In this document: piece after piece, positions 12,988 to 26,099 of the stretch
How the letters are laid out: each line of letters opens with the position of its first letter
Position numbering within the stretch: the first letter of the stretch is position 1
DNA from: Picochlorum sp. SENEW3
Taxonomy: Eukaryota
Direction of reading: 5' to 3'
NCBI GenBank assembly: GCA_034226945.1
Contig: CP120458.1
Location: 620,001-684,000, forward strand
DNA: 64,000 bases
Notes under the pieces: model-generated
Told to the model about the DNA's origin: nothing
Databases searched by the model: none
Seen by the model: the letters and a program-made list of their open reading frames with translations, nothing else
Translations under genes and position numbers: made by a program

Positions 12988-15900
12988 ATGAATTGCGATA
13001 CGGAGCGAAGTGTGCCCCAGGGTTGGGAAAGGTCAAAGAGGAGGAGAACTGGAACAAAAGAGGTATCCAAGCTGTGGACCGACTTCTACCAGTCATGCCT
13101 TCGCCTAGACCCTGAATGCCAACCTGCTATGATTGAGTATGATCAGGAATTGCAGCAGTATTGGTGCCGAGTGCAGTGCCCCTACGGGAAGTTTTGTGGG
13201 TATCATGGGGCACCTCACATCTATAAGAGGATGCTACTCGCGAAACCAAGAGAGCAAGATCGAAGGAAGTTGCTGGAGCATGTCAGAAACAAGCATCCAG
13301 AGATTGCCCTGAGGTTTGACGTGGCTGTGATGGAGGAAGAGGATCATACGGGCCACCAAAAGAGTCCAGAAGATGCTCCAAGGATTCAACTAGATGGACA
13401 AGTGTCCACCCCACTGCTTTGTAGTGACGAAGATCCAGCACTAGTGTCTTCTGAAGATGCAGAAAAAGCATTGCAATCATCCGATGAATGCAGTGTGTGC
13501 ACTGAGGTGAGACGACGCATGTCATCCTTCGTGATCCAAGCCTATAACCTTCTCAAGAGTGAGTCTTGTCTTGCAGGATCTTGAGGACAGCGACGCTTCT
13601 GATGATGAGGAGGCCGACCCAGACGACTTTGATACACCTACTAATGAGCGCTTCCGGTGCACCCAGGGTTCGCATTTCAAAAGTTTTCTCATGGCAGTGT
13701 TGGGTGAGGAAGAAGGAAACGATATTGGTCAGGCAGGGGAAGACATGGGTGAGGAAGATGAGGCACCCTGCACTTTGCTTCAGCTAACCTCTGCACTGCT
13801 CGAGCTAGAAATAAAGCACGCTATATCAAAGAAGGCGATGCAGGACATCTTGAGCATAGTGCGAATGGGGAGGAGAAACTATGACAGGATGATCATCCCA
13901 CCATCAATTCATCTTCTGAGGAAGACCATGGGTGTTCCAGACCTCCAAACTGTCGAATACCATAAGTGTCCCTGCGGATACATCTACAAGAATACTGTAT
14001 TACCCAACGAAAGGAATAAGGACGAAGAATGTGGAGCGGGATGTGGTAGGAAGAGGTTCAAGGCAGATAGTTGTGGGAGCCCAAAACCTTGGCAGCATTT
14101 TTACTACTATGGCGTCGAGAATTGCATCAGGAGTCTCTTTTCTTCCCAGAAATTTCGAGATTCGAGGAGCAAGAGCGTCGAGAGTGATCGCGCAGGAAAT
14201 TCAGTATACAAGTCTGCATGGTTCAGATGGCTGACAGAAAAGGAACCCAATGCAGGGGACAAAGTGACCAGTATTTGGTCCATCGGCATTGATGGATCTC
14301 AGCCATTTGGAAGAAGGGCCCATTCTTGCACTTTGATTGTATTGAAGTGTGAAGATATGGACTCGGAAGGCCGTTACCTGAGTTGTAACAGTAGGCTCCT
14401 TGGAATCATTCCTGGTCCAAAGGAGCCCAAAGACCTGAATCCCTTCCTATGCTTTATTGGTGAGGAGTTTGAGCGACTTCGATCATCCACAATGTCATAC
14501 GAGTACCAGGAATGCGATGAATCTGGTGAAGCCATCAAATATTCTGGAACTCATCGGCCTGTACTGGGATTTATTTATGCAGATGCCAAGGCAAGAGAAA
14601 AGGTCCATTTGTGCTTCCCAGGGAATGCTATCAAAGGCTGTTATTTCTGCTGGCAGCATGCCTCACAAGTTCTGGAACAAGAAGAAGGGACGTCTCGCAA
14701 GCGACGATTGTTCACAGGCTATGTGGAGAATGATGCAGCAACGCATGTCAATGGCCTTAATGAACAAGTGTTCAAGGCCTCTAGGGCCTCCGGGGCCTCT
14801 AGTGCCTCCAGAGATGATCGCCCTGCCATCGAAAAATCCGTTATCCGACATGCCGACATGGAGAAAATATTGAATACCATGAAGAATGCTACATTACATG
14901 GTACACATGACGGGACAACCCTGAAGGAATGGCAGAAACGGCTTGGCATTTACGACTATGCAAAAGTGTTTCATGTTGTCCCCACTTTACATGTCAAGCA
15001 TGGCATACCCGCCCCGCTGTACCATTTGGTTCTTTTGGGACTTGCGAAGAATTTCATCAAGTATTTATGGGATGGCCATGGTAATAAGAAGACCAGTGAT
15101 CCCGATAGCAGGAGTATGAGAGTCACCAGCAAGGAGACTATTAAACGATTGGAGAAAGGAATCATTCTGAGCAACTCTTTCAACCGTCCGTACTCGTCGA
15201 TAGAGTACTGCAATGGTTGGATTTGCGAGGAAGTCAAAGTTTTTATAGAAGTGCATTCGTGCGCTCTCTTCAATGAGGAGGTGACGGGCGTTCAAGTGCT
15301 CACACCAAAGGCCATGGAAGCTTGGGGACATTTGAGGAAATTCACCATGCATCATGTGAGCCATGGAGAGGGCTACAAACTCGAGCCATCGACAGCCTTG
15401 GAACATCTCAAAGAATTCTCCAGGATATGCCAGGAAGAGAAGGCATACGAATTGCTGACGCCCAACCTTCACACAGCCAACTGCCTCCTCCACCATCAGG
15501 AGAACTTCCTTGGCCCACTGGACAAGATGTCAGAACTCTGGGTGGAACGGGCCATGCGTCTTGTTTCTTCCACGAGTTGTATAAATGTTCCCGAATCAAC
15601 TTTGGCAAAGCGATATCTCATTAAAGCTGCTTTAGAGAGAGCAAAGCGGGAACTTGGGCCAGCTGACCAGAGTGCCATCCCTACATATGCCCCAAATCGA
15701 CAACGACTTGTCTCAGGGATGATGTACGACCTGCAACCGCATGCAACGTATTATCTTCGTGGGAAAGGGTCGGAGCAAAATGTAACCGGTTGTATCCAGG
15801 CCCGAGATTCTGCCAAGGATAAACTGAAGGCGTCTGTAGAGGGAGAGAAGGTGAATCTCCTCAGGGAATTCCATGCAAAACACAAGAACGAAAGGCCGAG

Positions 15901-16423
15901 AGAGCCGCAAAAAGATATCATATTGTACAACCATGCATCGTGCAGTATTTTGGTGGATGGCAAGGGCTTCAGCATCAAGTCGTTCTATGAGAAACGGGAC
16001 AAAAAGAGGCGGTCACACTTTGTCTTGCTAAGGGACAAGGATTCTGAGGCTCGCCATATTGGCCTAGTGTACGACTTTATCCGCATATTCAGTCCTCGAG
16101 CACCGGATGAAGTGGAAAGACACGCGGTTTGTGGGATATACAAGACTTCGAGGATGAATTACCATGGATCCACGGTCTACACAGTTCAAGAGTTCAAAGG
16201 GGAGAGCCCATGGAAGGATGACAAACATGTGACAACAGTACCAATCACAGATCTCGTGTGTCAGGTTTCTTGTTTCGAAATGATCAAAAATGGTTGGAAG
16301 GGAGAATGGCCCCACCACAAACTTGTAGGAGGCGGCAACAGAAAAGAAATGGACAAAATGCTTGCCTTCTTCCCGACGAAGGGGTCCACCTTCGCAACAG
16401 CGGAAGATACTGCTATCGAATAA
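12988..16423 (+). mobile_element. EnSpm/CACTA (CMC)-type DDE transposase gene, 2 exons (intron 13507-13576)
   Basis: GIDGSQPF, GIIPGPKEPKDLNPFL, ADAKAR..GCYFC, YHLVLLG and TPNLH..GPL..WVER motifs; a GTGAG...TTGCAG 70-nt intron joins ORFs 12907 and 13559 in phase 0. Confidence 0.85.
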
Positions 16424-16648
16424 TGATAAACATATAATGTATTGAAATTCTGCGACAGACAGCGTTGAATCATGGCTATTATGCAAGAATCGGTGCCTTG
16501 TGGTGGCCTCCGGAATTTCCTTAATAAGTACCACAGGTCGACGTCCAGGCTTCTCAAAATTTTCACACAACCCAATTTACTCAGAGGTCCATAACTTTTC
16601 GAATATCGCACCAAATCTCGCCATTTTTGTTTCAATAGACATATTTTC

Positions 16649-19600
16649 TTACCATCTTTCCGGTGAACCGGTCGAAATAATAAAATATTGGCCAGACAGC
16701 TCGGTTTCTGAGGCCTCCTCTGGCCCATCCTCTTGAGCATCCCTGTCAGACTCTCTGGCACTGCTTCTCATGGTTGTGTTTGTAGAGACACTGCTTGATC
16801 CTCTTCTTTTGCTTACTTTTGAGCCGTATAAAGGCTTGGGGCGTTTTCGGCCGTCAGCAATGCTCAAACAAACAGAGCAGGGATGAAAGACCTTTGAATA
16901 CAATTGCAGCTCTTCGCGTGTAGCTTGCTGGATATGATTCTCGTCCAAACCGCAATGTGAGCACACGTTCAAATTCCTCTTTTGATGCAAACGGTTTCCA
17001 AAAAAGTAAGAACTTTCCATGGGAGTGCTGCATGTGAGCCCATCCCTGAGATAAAAGCTGTAGTCTTGCCGCTTCTGTCCTTTGTTGGCTCCTTCAGAGT
17101 CATCCTCGCACGTCATATCCACAATATCATTAGATCCGATATTAGATTCATGTAAATTTGATGCATGAATGACCTCTGAGCCACAGACATACATGTCCAA
17201 ATCGTTCAACTTCTTGATGTATGCCTTCTCATCCTTTGAAAGAGATTGTTTGGCATTCTCCAAATATATAACCCTCTTCTTTGAGCAGTTGCTACAATTC
17301 AAGAACGACCTTGCTCTATTGGCAGTATATATGCTGTGCTTTCCTTTCCGATCAGGTTTCGAATCTCGAAGACTTGGCTGTTCCATGTGGTTGGGGTGTG
17401 TCCCATACAACTCATCAAATGATTTGTAGTGTAGCTCATTTGGCCCTGCTTGTTTCCTCAATGGCAAAGGAACCCAGTTTAAGTCTTCAAATGATTCAAA
17501 ATCCATTCTCGGCGGCTTGATGATGCAACCTGTGCAAAATCTACAATCACAACCTGCCTTTTTCCTGATTTGCAGGACATACGGGGATTGGTGCACATGG
17601 TTTGTGAGGAACTCTTTTAGGGCACTTCCTTTTTTGAGAAACTCTGTAAAGTCTATTGAATTTCCACTGGAGCATTGCTCTTGGAATGCCTGTGGAAATT
17701 CGTCCAACTCCAAGAAGATAGATATGAATTCTGATATATCATTCCAATCTGCAGCTTGGTATAATTCGATGTCCTTCTCTTTCCATTGAAGCCTCTGCAT
17801 TCTTCCACCTATCACATCGATGGTTTTCTTCAAGCTTTTGTGAAGCATCTCTTGAAATGCTTGTGTTCCACCTTGATATTGCTTTGCTTTCTGGCGAACA
17901 GCACCCATTGAGTTGCATCCTTTCAATTCATCTTCCAAATCAGGAAGATGTTGCCTACAAAGGGAAACATTCTGCAATGCCAGATTCAGTACTGACATTA
18001 CTCTTTCTACGGGATTGCGAAAAGATAAATGTGGAACGGTTCGAGCGACAACCAGCATATCGAGGTCATGTTTCAGAAACAATGAAATGTGTGATGCAAT
18101 GACAGTTGCCCTTTTCAGATTCCTATCTGGGCCTCCATCCGTCAAAAGCATTAAAACAGGGGAATGCTTGTCTTTTAGATGCCTTGAAAGTTCTTCAACA
18201 TGTCTCCAGGGGCACGATTTCTGAAAGACTGCATCTTTTAAACCAACTGATACTTGCCCTTTGTACCAATCACCAGTGACTTTCTCAGGTACGTCATGGG
18301 CCAAGTAGACAGATGGAACAATGCAGGTTCCATCGTAATCGTGATCCAACGCAAGCATTTCAACACCAGCAGGTGCTAACTGGGGCTTATTCCTCACTCC
18401 ACTTTGCAGATATACTCCAGGGGGACCAACCATCACTCTGGCTTTATCATCAGCGCAGAAGAAGGAGCAGTGATCTCTGTATCTCACAGCAAATGATCTC
18501 AAATATTTAATGATAGCGTTTCCATAATGTGCATCAATATGGTCTATGTGAAGAATCCTTCGCTGTACTTTCATTTGAACATTGAAACGACTCTTGAAAC
18601 GAAAAGATGTCAGGCGATTACTGGCGCTTGGCATGAACTGCAGATACAGAGTTGAGGTGGATGGGACGAGATCCTCGTCATACCTTTCCTCCAATTCCTT
18701 CTTCATACGATTCTTTACCGTTTCATGCAAGTCTCGAATGGATATAACGCTAGAAAGATATCCCATTTCTGCTTCACCATGCCTTCTTGCATGCGCTGCA
18801 TCTGCAGTCTCGTTCAAGAACTCGCGTGTAATTCTCCAGAACTCGGCGAAAGCAACCTCTTCTCGGCGCCCATTCATTTTCCTTGCATCTTCTAATATTG
18901 ATCGATCTCCAGATAAAATCGCAAGTTCAAGTAAATCCTTCTGCTGCTGAGAAGTTTCATTTTCTGCTGCATATTCATTGCCAAGAAACTCAGAGCAGAA
19001 GGCCCTGAGCAATGGAACATCAGGAAATAAAGTGTTTGCTTGCCTGTCAAACGCCTTTTGAATCCACTTTTGGACGTAACACGAACTTGACCTTCGGCAC
19101 TGCTCGATTGCATCATTTACTTTTTGATCATGGTCCTTGTCTTTACTATCCACCTTGAAGATCCACACTTCGTCACGGAGGCTTCCACCATGCTCCACAT
19201 GCACCATCAAGGAATTGAATTGGATTTTGACATTTCTACGAAATTCCCAGTACGAGAATCTGCTCGTATAATCAGGAGTGAAGTCAATGAGCGGCAGTGG
19301 TTTGTACATCGGTGCTTGACTTAGTGCATGATTCAACTTCTTGTATTTTGGTGGTGGAGGGAGGAAGTGTGAGCGCACAGTGCAGATTTTTATTTTTTGG
19401 TTCCCTAATGAATTGGCGTTCCAATCCTCCCAAGAAGCATTCCACAGCTCTTTCACTCGCTTTGTCGACTTCCTCTGAGCCCTTTCAATGCACTCTTCAG
19501 TCTGGGCCCCAACTGACTCTAGGAGCCCATTCAGGAATTCAAACATCTGACCACTCCCTTTGGTAAAACAGACACTATCAAGTATAGCAGTCAGCTTCAC

Positions 19601-20455
19601 ATGAAGATCATTCAATGTAGACTGATCTAAGGGCGCACGTTTCTTCTTCCCTCTCTCTGCATTGGTATCATGAAACGAAAACCCAAGAAACCTATCCAAG
19701 TCAATTGGAGGCTTTTTCTTCCACCCATTCCTGTTAATTTCCACAACATTGATTTTCCATAGAATTTCTACTATTGAATCGAAAGATTTTTCTCGTTCAT
19801 CGATCCGCAGATGACCCACGTATCTAATATTGTTCTCAATACAATAGTCCAACAAAGCATTCCAAAGCTTGCATTTACCATTGCTTTCCTTTTTGGGCTG
19901 AGGTAGCCTGTTTCGGTCATACTTGTATACCTCATCATGAATTTTCTTTTGATTAGACATCAGCAACTGATTGACATCTACTGGTGTCTTGGATTCCGTG
20001 ACCTGCCTGACCTGTTCCTCTTGTAAAGAAGAAATTGTGAACTTTTCTAACTTGACTAGAACTTCGATCTGGACGGTCGTTTTCATCGCGTAATCGACAA
20101 GGGTTTCCATTTTCACTTCAAGAGACTCTTCAGATCCAAGATGAGCACTTGCTCCTGCGGCACACTTCATTCGAACCTGCAAAATAGACAACTTGAAAGG
20201 TCGCTGGAAAGTTGACCCGACAAAACGTGTACAAATGTGCCCTACCTCGTCGATGACGCATCCTTCTGCCACCAGATAATGCGATATCTTTTTGTTTTTA
20301 TCTTTTACTTTCTCATCCTGCTTGAAGATGACCTGCTGTATGGTCTCATTCTTGGAGACATTGTTGATCAGGGTAGTCCAGGCGAACTTGTCGCCTAAAC
20401 AGTCCTTCAACGTGATTGAAAGCCACACAAATATATTAGTGTCACTCATTATCAA
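16649..20455 (-). mobile_element. Zator-like DDE transposase (1268 aa, intact ORF) with C-terminal Cys clusters
   Basis: DAHY, DDKARVMVG, DHDY, PSV, TDGGPD and S.RNPVERVMS.LN motifs typical of Zator/TP36-related transposases. Confidence 0.75.
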
Positions 20456-21377
20456 TAATATTGAGGACGACGGGACTGATTCTAACCGTTAGAGGAGAAT
20501 CATCAATCACCCAATCAAATTTAATTTTTGCCGACTGGCCCATCGGCCAGAGGCTCACTCTTGGGGCGAGAGTGATGCATCATGTTCACCATTGAGACCG
20601 AAAGTGGTGCCAATCGATTCCTTTTGGAGAGATCTATCTCATAGTTACATCAAAAGTTGTAAATTCTTTGTCATTGGTGACTTACAACCATTTCTATTTT
20701 TTTGGTCCACCTCGTCTGAAGTCCGTTCGGTCACCATACGGGAACCAAGGAATCAAGTAAAAGCGGCCTAATATAGAAAAAATTTATGCACAACGCCGGG
20801 CCCGGGGTGGGCCAACGGCGATGATCCAATTTTGTTACACCCGATGTATGACCCTCTGTATGTGACATTCCAATCCCACAAGCTTGTGAGAAAGAGGCCT
20901 CTCCTATGAGTTAGGGTCACTCAAATATCATGGCAACGTATATATAGACCATTTAGAAGTCTTGCATTGAGTTGAATCACAAAGACATTCATGGAAATGG
21001 CGTATAGGCCAACGATAGGGTGCAGACCCTATCAACTTCGTGGCCTATTTTCCCATCAAAGGGTGCCTCTGATAGGTGATTGTGGTCCGAAACACCCTAT
21101 CGATCGATAGGGTGATTTTTCAGATCGCCCTATGACCCAATTGGCTTGCAAGCCTACTTATAAGACGGATCACCGCCGTGTTTTCAAACCCCATTCTGGA
21201 AATATGGCGGCGTTCCCGCTTAGACTAATTTGAATTTTGGGTGAGCGTCGGAGAGTTTATGCTTTCAAATTCATATGATGGATAGTAAGCAATAGATATT
21301 GTTTAATTGTAAGGGCTATATAAAGGCAATCAATCGCCAGAGTCGCACTGGTACCGTGGCAACGCTTCACGGGACTC

Positions 21378-24300
21378 ATGGGCGACCAGGACTCTCCACC
21401 ACTGTGGACTCAGGAGCAGGGCAGAGTGCTTCAAGGTCTAGATATCATACCCTTTGATCCACAGAAATGTGAAAAGGACTTTTGGGACCTGCGCCGCGGG
21501 ACTGATGCCTTCGATCAGGCTCTCGGAGCACGGGTTGAGGCAGGGAAGCTGTATGAGATATCTGGGGAGCGATATTACACGTCCTTGAGGAGACAGGGAC
21601 GACTGCGTCTTCCAATTCAGACCTTTAACGATGCCAATATCATCTACTTGAAAAGAATATGCTATGCGTTTGGCGGCGAAGACATACCGCGCGACGAAGA
21701 CCTGCGCGAATATCTGGTCTTCAATAACGGGTTCTGGCCGCTGCGTACCAGGCCATATATTGTCGCGTGCCCATCTGCTTTATCGCTGCCTTCCAGTGTG
21801 ATTTCGTTTCCTTGTATATTGAATATATACGAGGTTGATGAGCCCGCAACCATGCCGAAGTCAGTGCCCAAGTATGCCAAGGACTTGATGCAATTCCACC
21901 TGTTAGTGATGAAGCAAGATATGCCGAGCTTGTTGTTTGACGATGACGTTGCAGACCTTGTTGGGATGTGTATTTTCGTCCTCAAAGACCCTGACATGAA
22001 TACACTTGATCGAGGCGTACCTGTCTGTGAGTTCTTCCTTGTTTCTTTGAGCAAAGAAGAAGAGCAGGTTTTGAATCACACTGGCATCCAAGTTCTATCA
22101 GACCATTATATGCAGCATACGATTCCGAGTGATCGATGCAGTATTGAAATAGAATATTTAAATCCTGACAATTTGAACGAGTATCCCTGGCAGAGAAGAC
22201 CTATGCGTGAGGGTCGTCTTTCGTATGAATGTGGGCAAAGTGTCATTAGGAGGAAAGATGGTGTTTGGGGTATGATTCTACAAGAACGGGAACATATCGA
22301 CGCAGAGACGGGAGATCTCCACAGAGAATTCGGGATATCATGCGACAAAGACATTTTGAAAGAAGGAAAGCTGAAGCCTGGGCACAGATTGAAATATTAC
22401 CCCACATCCGAAATAATGGGAGTGTTTGCATGCCCGCCAGTGCGTTTTCCTATTCATCCAACAAAAATGGGGCAGCGAGTGGTGGTGTACGGTGCTGGTA
22501 ATTCCAACAAACTATCCATTCCAGACGGGTCTTGTGGTGTCGTGAATGCTGTCATCGAGGATGGTCCGAGAACCTCCTTGATGTGCACCGTGGCTGTGCA
22601 AGAAGAATATCCCAGCATATAGACAACACAGATTGACGTGAAATTAAAGTATACGAGATTTTTGTTGCTCGACAACGAACAGTATGTATCTCATCAATCT
22701 TCAGATTATGATAATGCGAACATTCCGCGCAGGATCATTTACAAATTCGAAAATCTGACCTTTTGCGAGATCAAAAAGCTGTTTGAGACAGCGCAGAAGA
22801 GCAGACTGGTTCACAAATGTAGCAAAGGTACGATCTCACGAACAACTTCAATTCGATGCCCTTGCTGATCTATCATCACCACTTTCGTCATCCAGGTAAC
22901 GAGAGTTTGGTGCCAGGTGACGATACCCTTGACATCTTGGAGCAGAAGAGGAAGGAAGCGGGGCATCAGGACTATGTGGCATGGTTGGCTTCTTGTGTCC
23001 ATTCCGACCCGTTCTTTGGCAAGACCTGCGAGCGTCGAGCCAATGAACGCTCCGAAACATATGTGGCATTGCAAAAGCCGACGGAGACCATTGCTGTACT
23101 GACTTGCTCAAGGGGACAGCAGAAAGCAGTGCCGGCAACAAGCAAGCAAGGAAAGAAAGTCAACTGTGAATACAGAACCCGCCTCACAAAGTTTCGATAC
23201 GAGGATGCCATCTACGCTGAGGCACTTCAGACCCACACAAATCACGAACCGGGTTCTGGAGATTATCACGAGCCTGAGACACCTCGACTGAAGAGGGCAT
23301 TGGATGACCTGTACGACCTTGGATTCAAACCTGCAAAGGCTGTCAACGTTATCAAGTATCAGACAGGTGCCACTCGGCATGATCTCACGGTTGAGGAACG
23401 ACATCTCTTGAATAAGACGATGGCAATTAGAGTCAAAAAAGCATACAACAAGCGACAGGCCTCCGGGAACGACCTGGATGCTTGCGAGGCTCTGTACAAT
23501 CAACACCGCGAACACTTTCTATACTTTGAGCGAGGCGACGATGTGCAGATCGCCATTTGCAGCCCAGAGCAAAGAAAGGTGATGAAAACCTGCCATACAA
23601 TGGTGTTCGCTGATGCTGTGCATTGCCTGAATCGAAAAGGTGATGTGACATTGGCTCTCCTGCTGCGAGATCCATATGGCATGGGCTTCCCAGTGGCCTA
23701 CTGCATATGCTCGGGGGGCGAGGATTCCACCAAATGGAAAAAATTCATCAGAGCCGTTGTAGATGCATGTGATGTACAGATCGATGACATCACCTTCATG
23801 ATTGACAAATCCACATGCTGCATCTCTGCTTTGGACCAGCTCAACTGCTTCTGGGTCCTGTGTGCTTTCCATTTCATGCAGAGCATCGGGCGCAAAATGA
23901 AAAGCCACGGCAGTGGCGTGTCTGGACGCAGTGATCGCGACAAATCCAACCGAAACACAATCTTCAGATATGTCAACAAGCTCAGGCTCGTCAAGGACGA
24001 GGGTGCCTTTGATTCTGTGGCGTATGAATTCATGACCTTCCTGGAGAATGAAATCTGGCCGAGATGAAGGAATATTTCATCAAAAATTGGATGACAATCA
24101 GCGATCGGTGGTCTCAATATGGAAGGAAACACATTGCCTTCTTGAAATCAAACACCAACAATCTGATTGAGCGGCTCTTCAGGACTGTCCAAGAAGAGTT
24201 CCTTGACAGGGAGAGACTGGGTCGCAGAGACAGCCTCATCCTAAAATTCCTCGACGAAGTAACACCACGATACCTTGATCGACTGCAGAAGCGATTACAA

Positions 24301-25306
24301 GGGGCCGAAAAGGCCAATGCGCGAGTGAACCAACACAAGCATTTGACAGGTGTGGACACGTGTGGCAGAACCATGCAGCCCTATTGTGCCACTGGCCAAG
24401 GGTCCCTCAGCGACTCGTGCCTCATCAAATTCAATGTGGATAATCAGATGTTCTACTGCTGTACCGGAGACCTCAGCTGCACTTGTGATGACAACGACGA
24501 CGACATTTGTATGCATGTCGAAGCTGCCATGAAAAAGTACCCCATCACCTACGAGATGGTGAGAAAGGTGGCGTCTGTCGTGAAAAGCCGCCAACACGAG
24601 TATGTCCAGAAGATGGCGACACCAGCTCCGTTTCATGGTGCAGAAGACCATCATGTGGAATTGTCCGATGTCGACATTGATGAGGACAACACGGTGTATC
24701 AATGCTTGCCGGTGTGCTTTTACCACCTGGGACCAAAACCACGCAGAAAGTACTTTGTCAACATGTACTACAAAACGTGCACGTGTCATTGCTTTTCCTT
24801 CTTCGGCACATGTCCACATGTCATAGCGTTAGGCGCTACGGATGAAGACGATATGGATCCTGCGGAGAAACTCCAGAAATCTGTCCAGATCAGGAACGAC
24901 ACTCATGTCAACGCGGAGTGGGAACGAGCCTTAGTTCAGGCCTTTCCCGCACCAAGCCATGGCTCAAGCCAGCTGCGACATCCTGACGCTTGGAAGACGG
25001 CAAATCACGGACCCTAGGATGCTGACCAAAATACAGTTCAACAACGACCAGAGAGTCGCAACCTCGATCCTCGACGAATTGCCCCGACATCTTGATGGCC
25101 GGTTCATGGAGCTCCATCAGACATTCATGCAGGGTATCCGACAATTGCAGGAGATTGGCATCAACGAGTGTCGGAACCAGAATACCAATTCAGCCCCTGC
25201 ATTCAATGCCAATATGGCCTACATCCCTCCTCAACCAAGCTGGCACAGGAACCCCAACCCCAGCACTTCTGTGGCGCAATACGAGGACATGGTGATTGAA
25301 GAATAA
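21378..25306 (+). pseudogene. Mutator (MULE) transposase with FAR1/WRKY-like Zn finger and two SWIM fingers; one in-frame stop and ~3 frameshifts
   Basis: FADAVH, GMGFPVAY, FMIDK, CAFH, TNNLIER; SWIM CTC..CMH and CTC..CPH. 21378 and 22638 ORFs share a frame across TAG 22620; frameshifts near 22860, 24062 and 24970. Inclusion of the 21378 ORF is inferred. Confidence 0.8.
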
Positions 25307-25545
25307 GAACTCTACAACGAAGAATGTAAAAACGTCTACTGATCCAGATCGCACACAGAACTAACAGCCAACCGACTCACCTGGAAGTGCGACCCTGACA
25401 ACGAGAGCATTGCGCTGCAAATAGCGCAGCAATAGGTTACGTGTTGCACATATATTTATAATATGTCCCTGATATAGTGTTGGAAGGCAAACACGGCATC
25501 TCAGCGCTTCTTCTGACTTTGCACGTCCCACCTCTGGAAGGTGTA

Positions 25546-25575
25546 GGGTCTTAAATAAGGCCTCTTCTCTGTATG
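25546..25575 (-). mobile_element. Solo 'left' end of the 212-bp family, just downstream of the MULE gene
   Basis: gggtcttaaataaggcctcttctctgtatg is the exact reverse complement of the family terminus. Confidence 0.85.
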
Positions 25576-25887
25576 GACGGCTGGCCTCTTTGATGCTGTC
25601 CTGGCATGAATTCTCTCTCAATCGCCACTGATAGATCACTTGCCTGAGGACGGCTGAATTTCCCTTTACTATGATCTACATCGATCAAAACGAAGGATGC
25701 CTCTGACTGCTGAGTGTTCGTTCAACAGATGGTCCTAATCGGGCCCATCCTAACCACCATTCAGGTCTCACCGCTTTGTATGTCTAGAAATCATTCTTTC
25801 AGATATATATACGGCACATTGTCTTCTGAAACAGCGAGACGGCCAAGGTCGTTCGTGTCTCGCATCCATACAGGGGTGGGTTTAAGA

Positions 25888-26099
25888 CATACAGAGAAGA
25901 GGCCTTATTTAAGACCCCCTGAAATTTAGGGGGTTCCCATCAAATGGTCCAGGGACCGGGTAGGGTTGGGTAGGGGGCCGGGGGATTAGGGTATTAGGGT
26001 TAGAAAACATTTAGATTTTGGACCTTGTTTGGCCGGTCGGGTATTTTAGGCGACCGTGGATTTAGCTCGGGGTCTTAAACAAGACCTCTTCCATACCTC
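25888..26099 (+). mobile_element. 212-bp non-autonomous element, copy 2
   Basis: catacagagaagaggcc...gacctcttccatacctc; apparently identical to copy 1. Confidence 0.9.

Noticed and set aside
2711..26099. Copies 1 and 2 as 212-bp TIRs of a 23-kb giant transposon
   Set aside because: The outer flanks share no TSD, copy 1 has its own 7/8 TSD, and a third standalone copy exists
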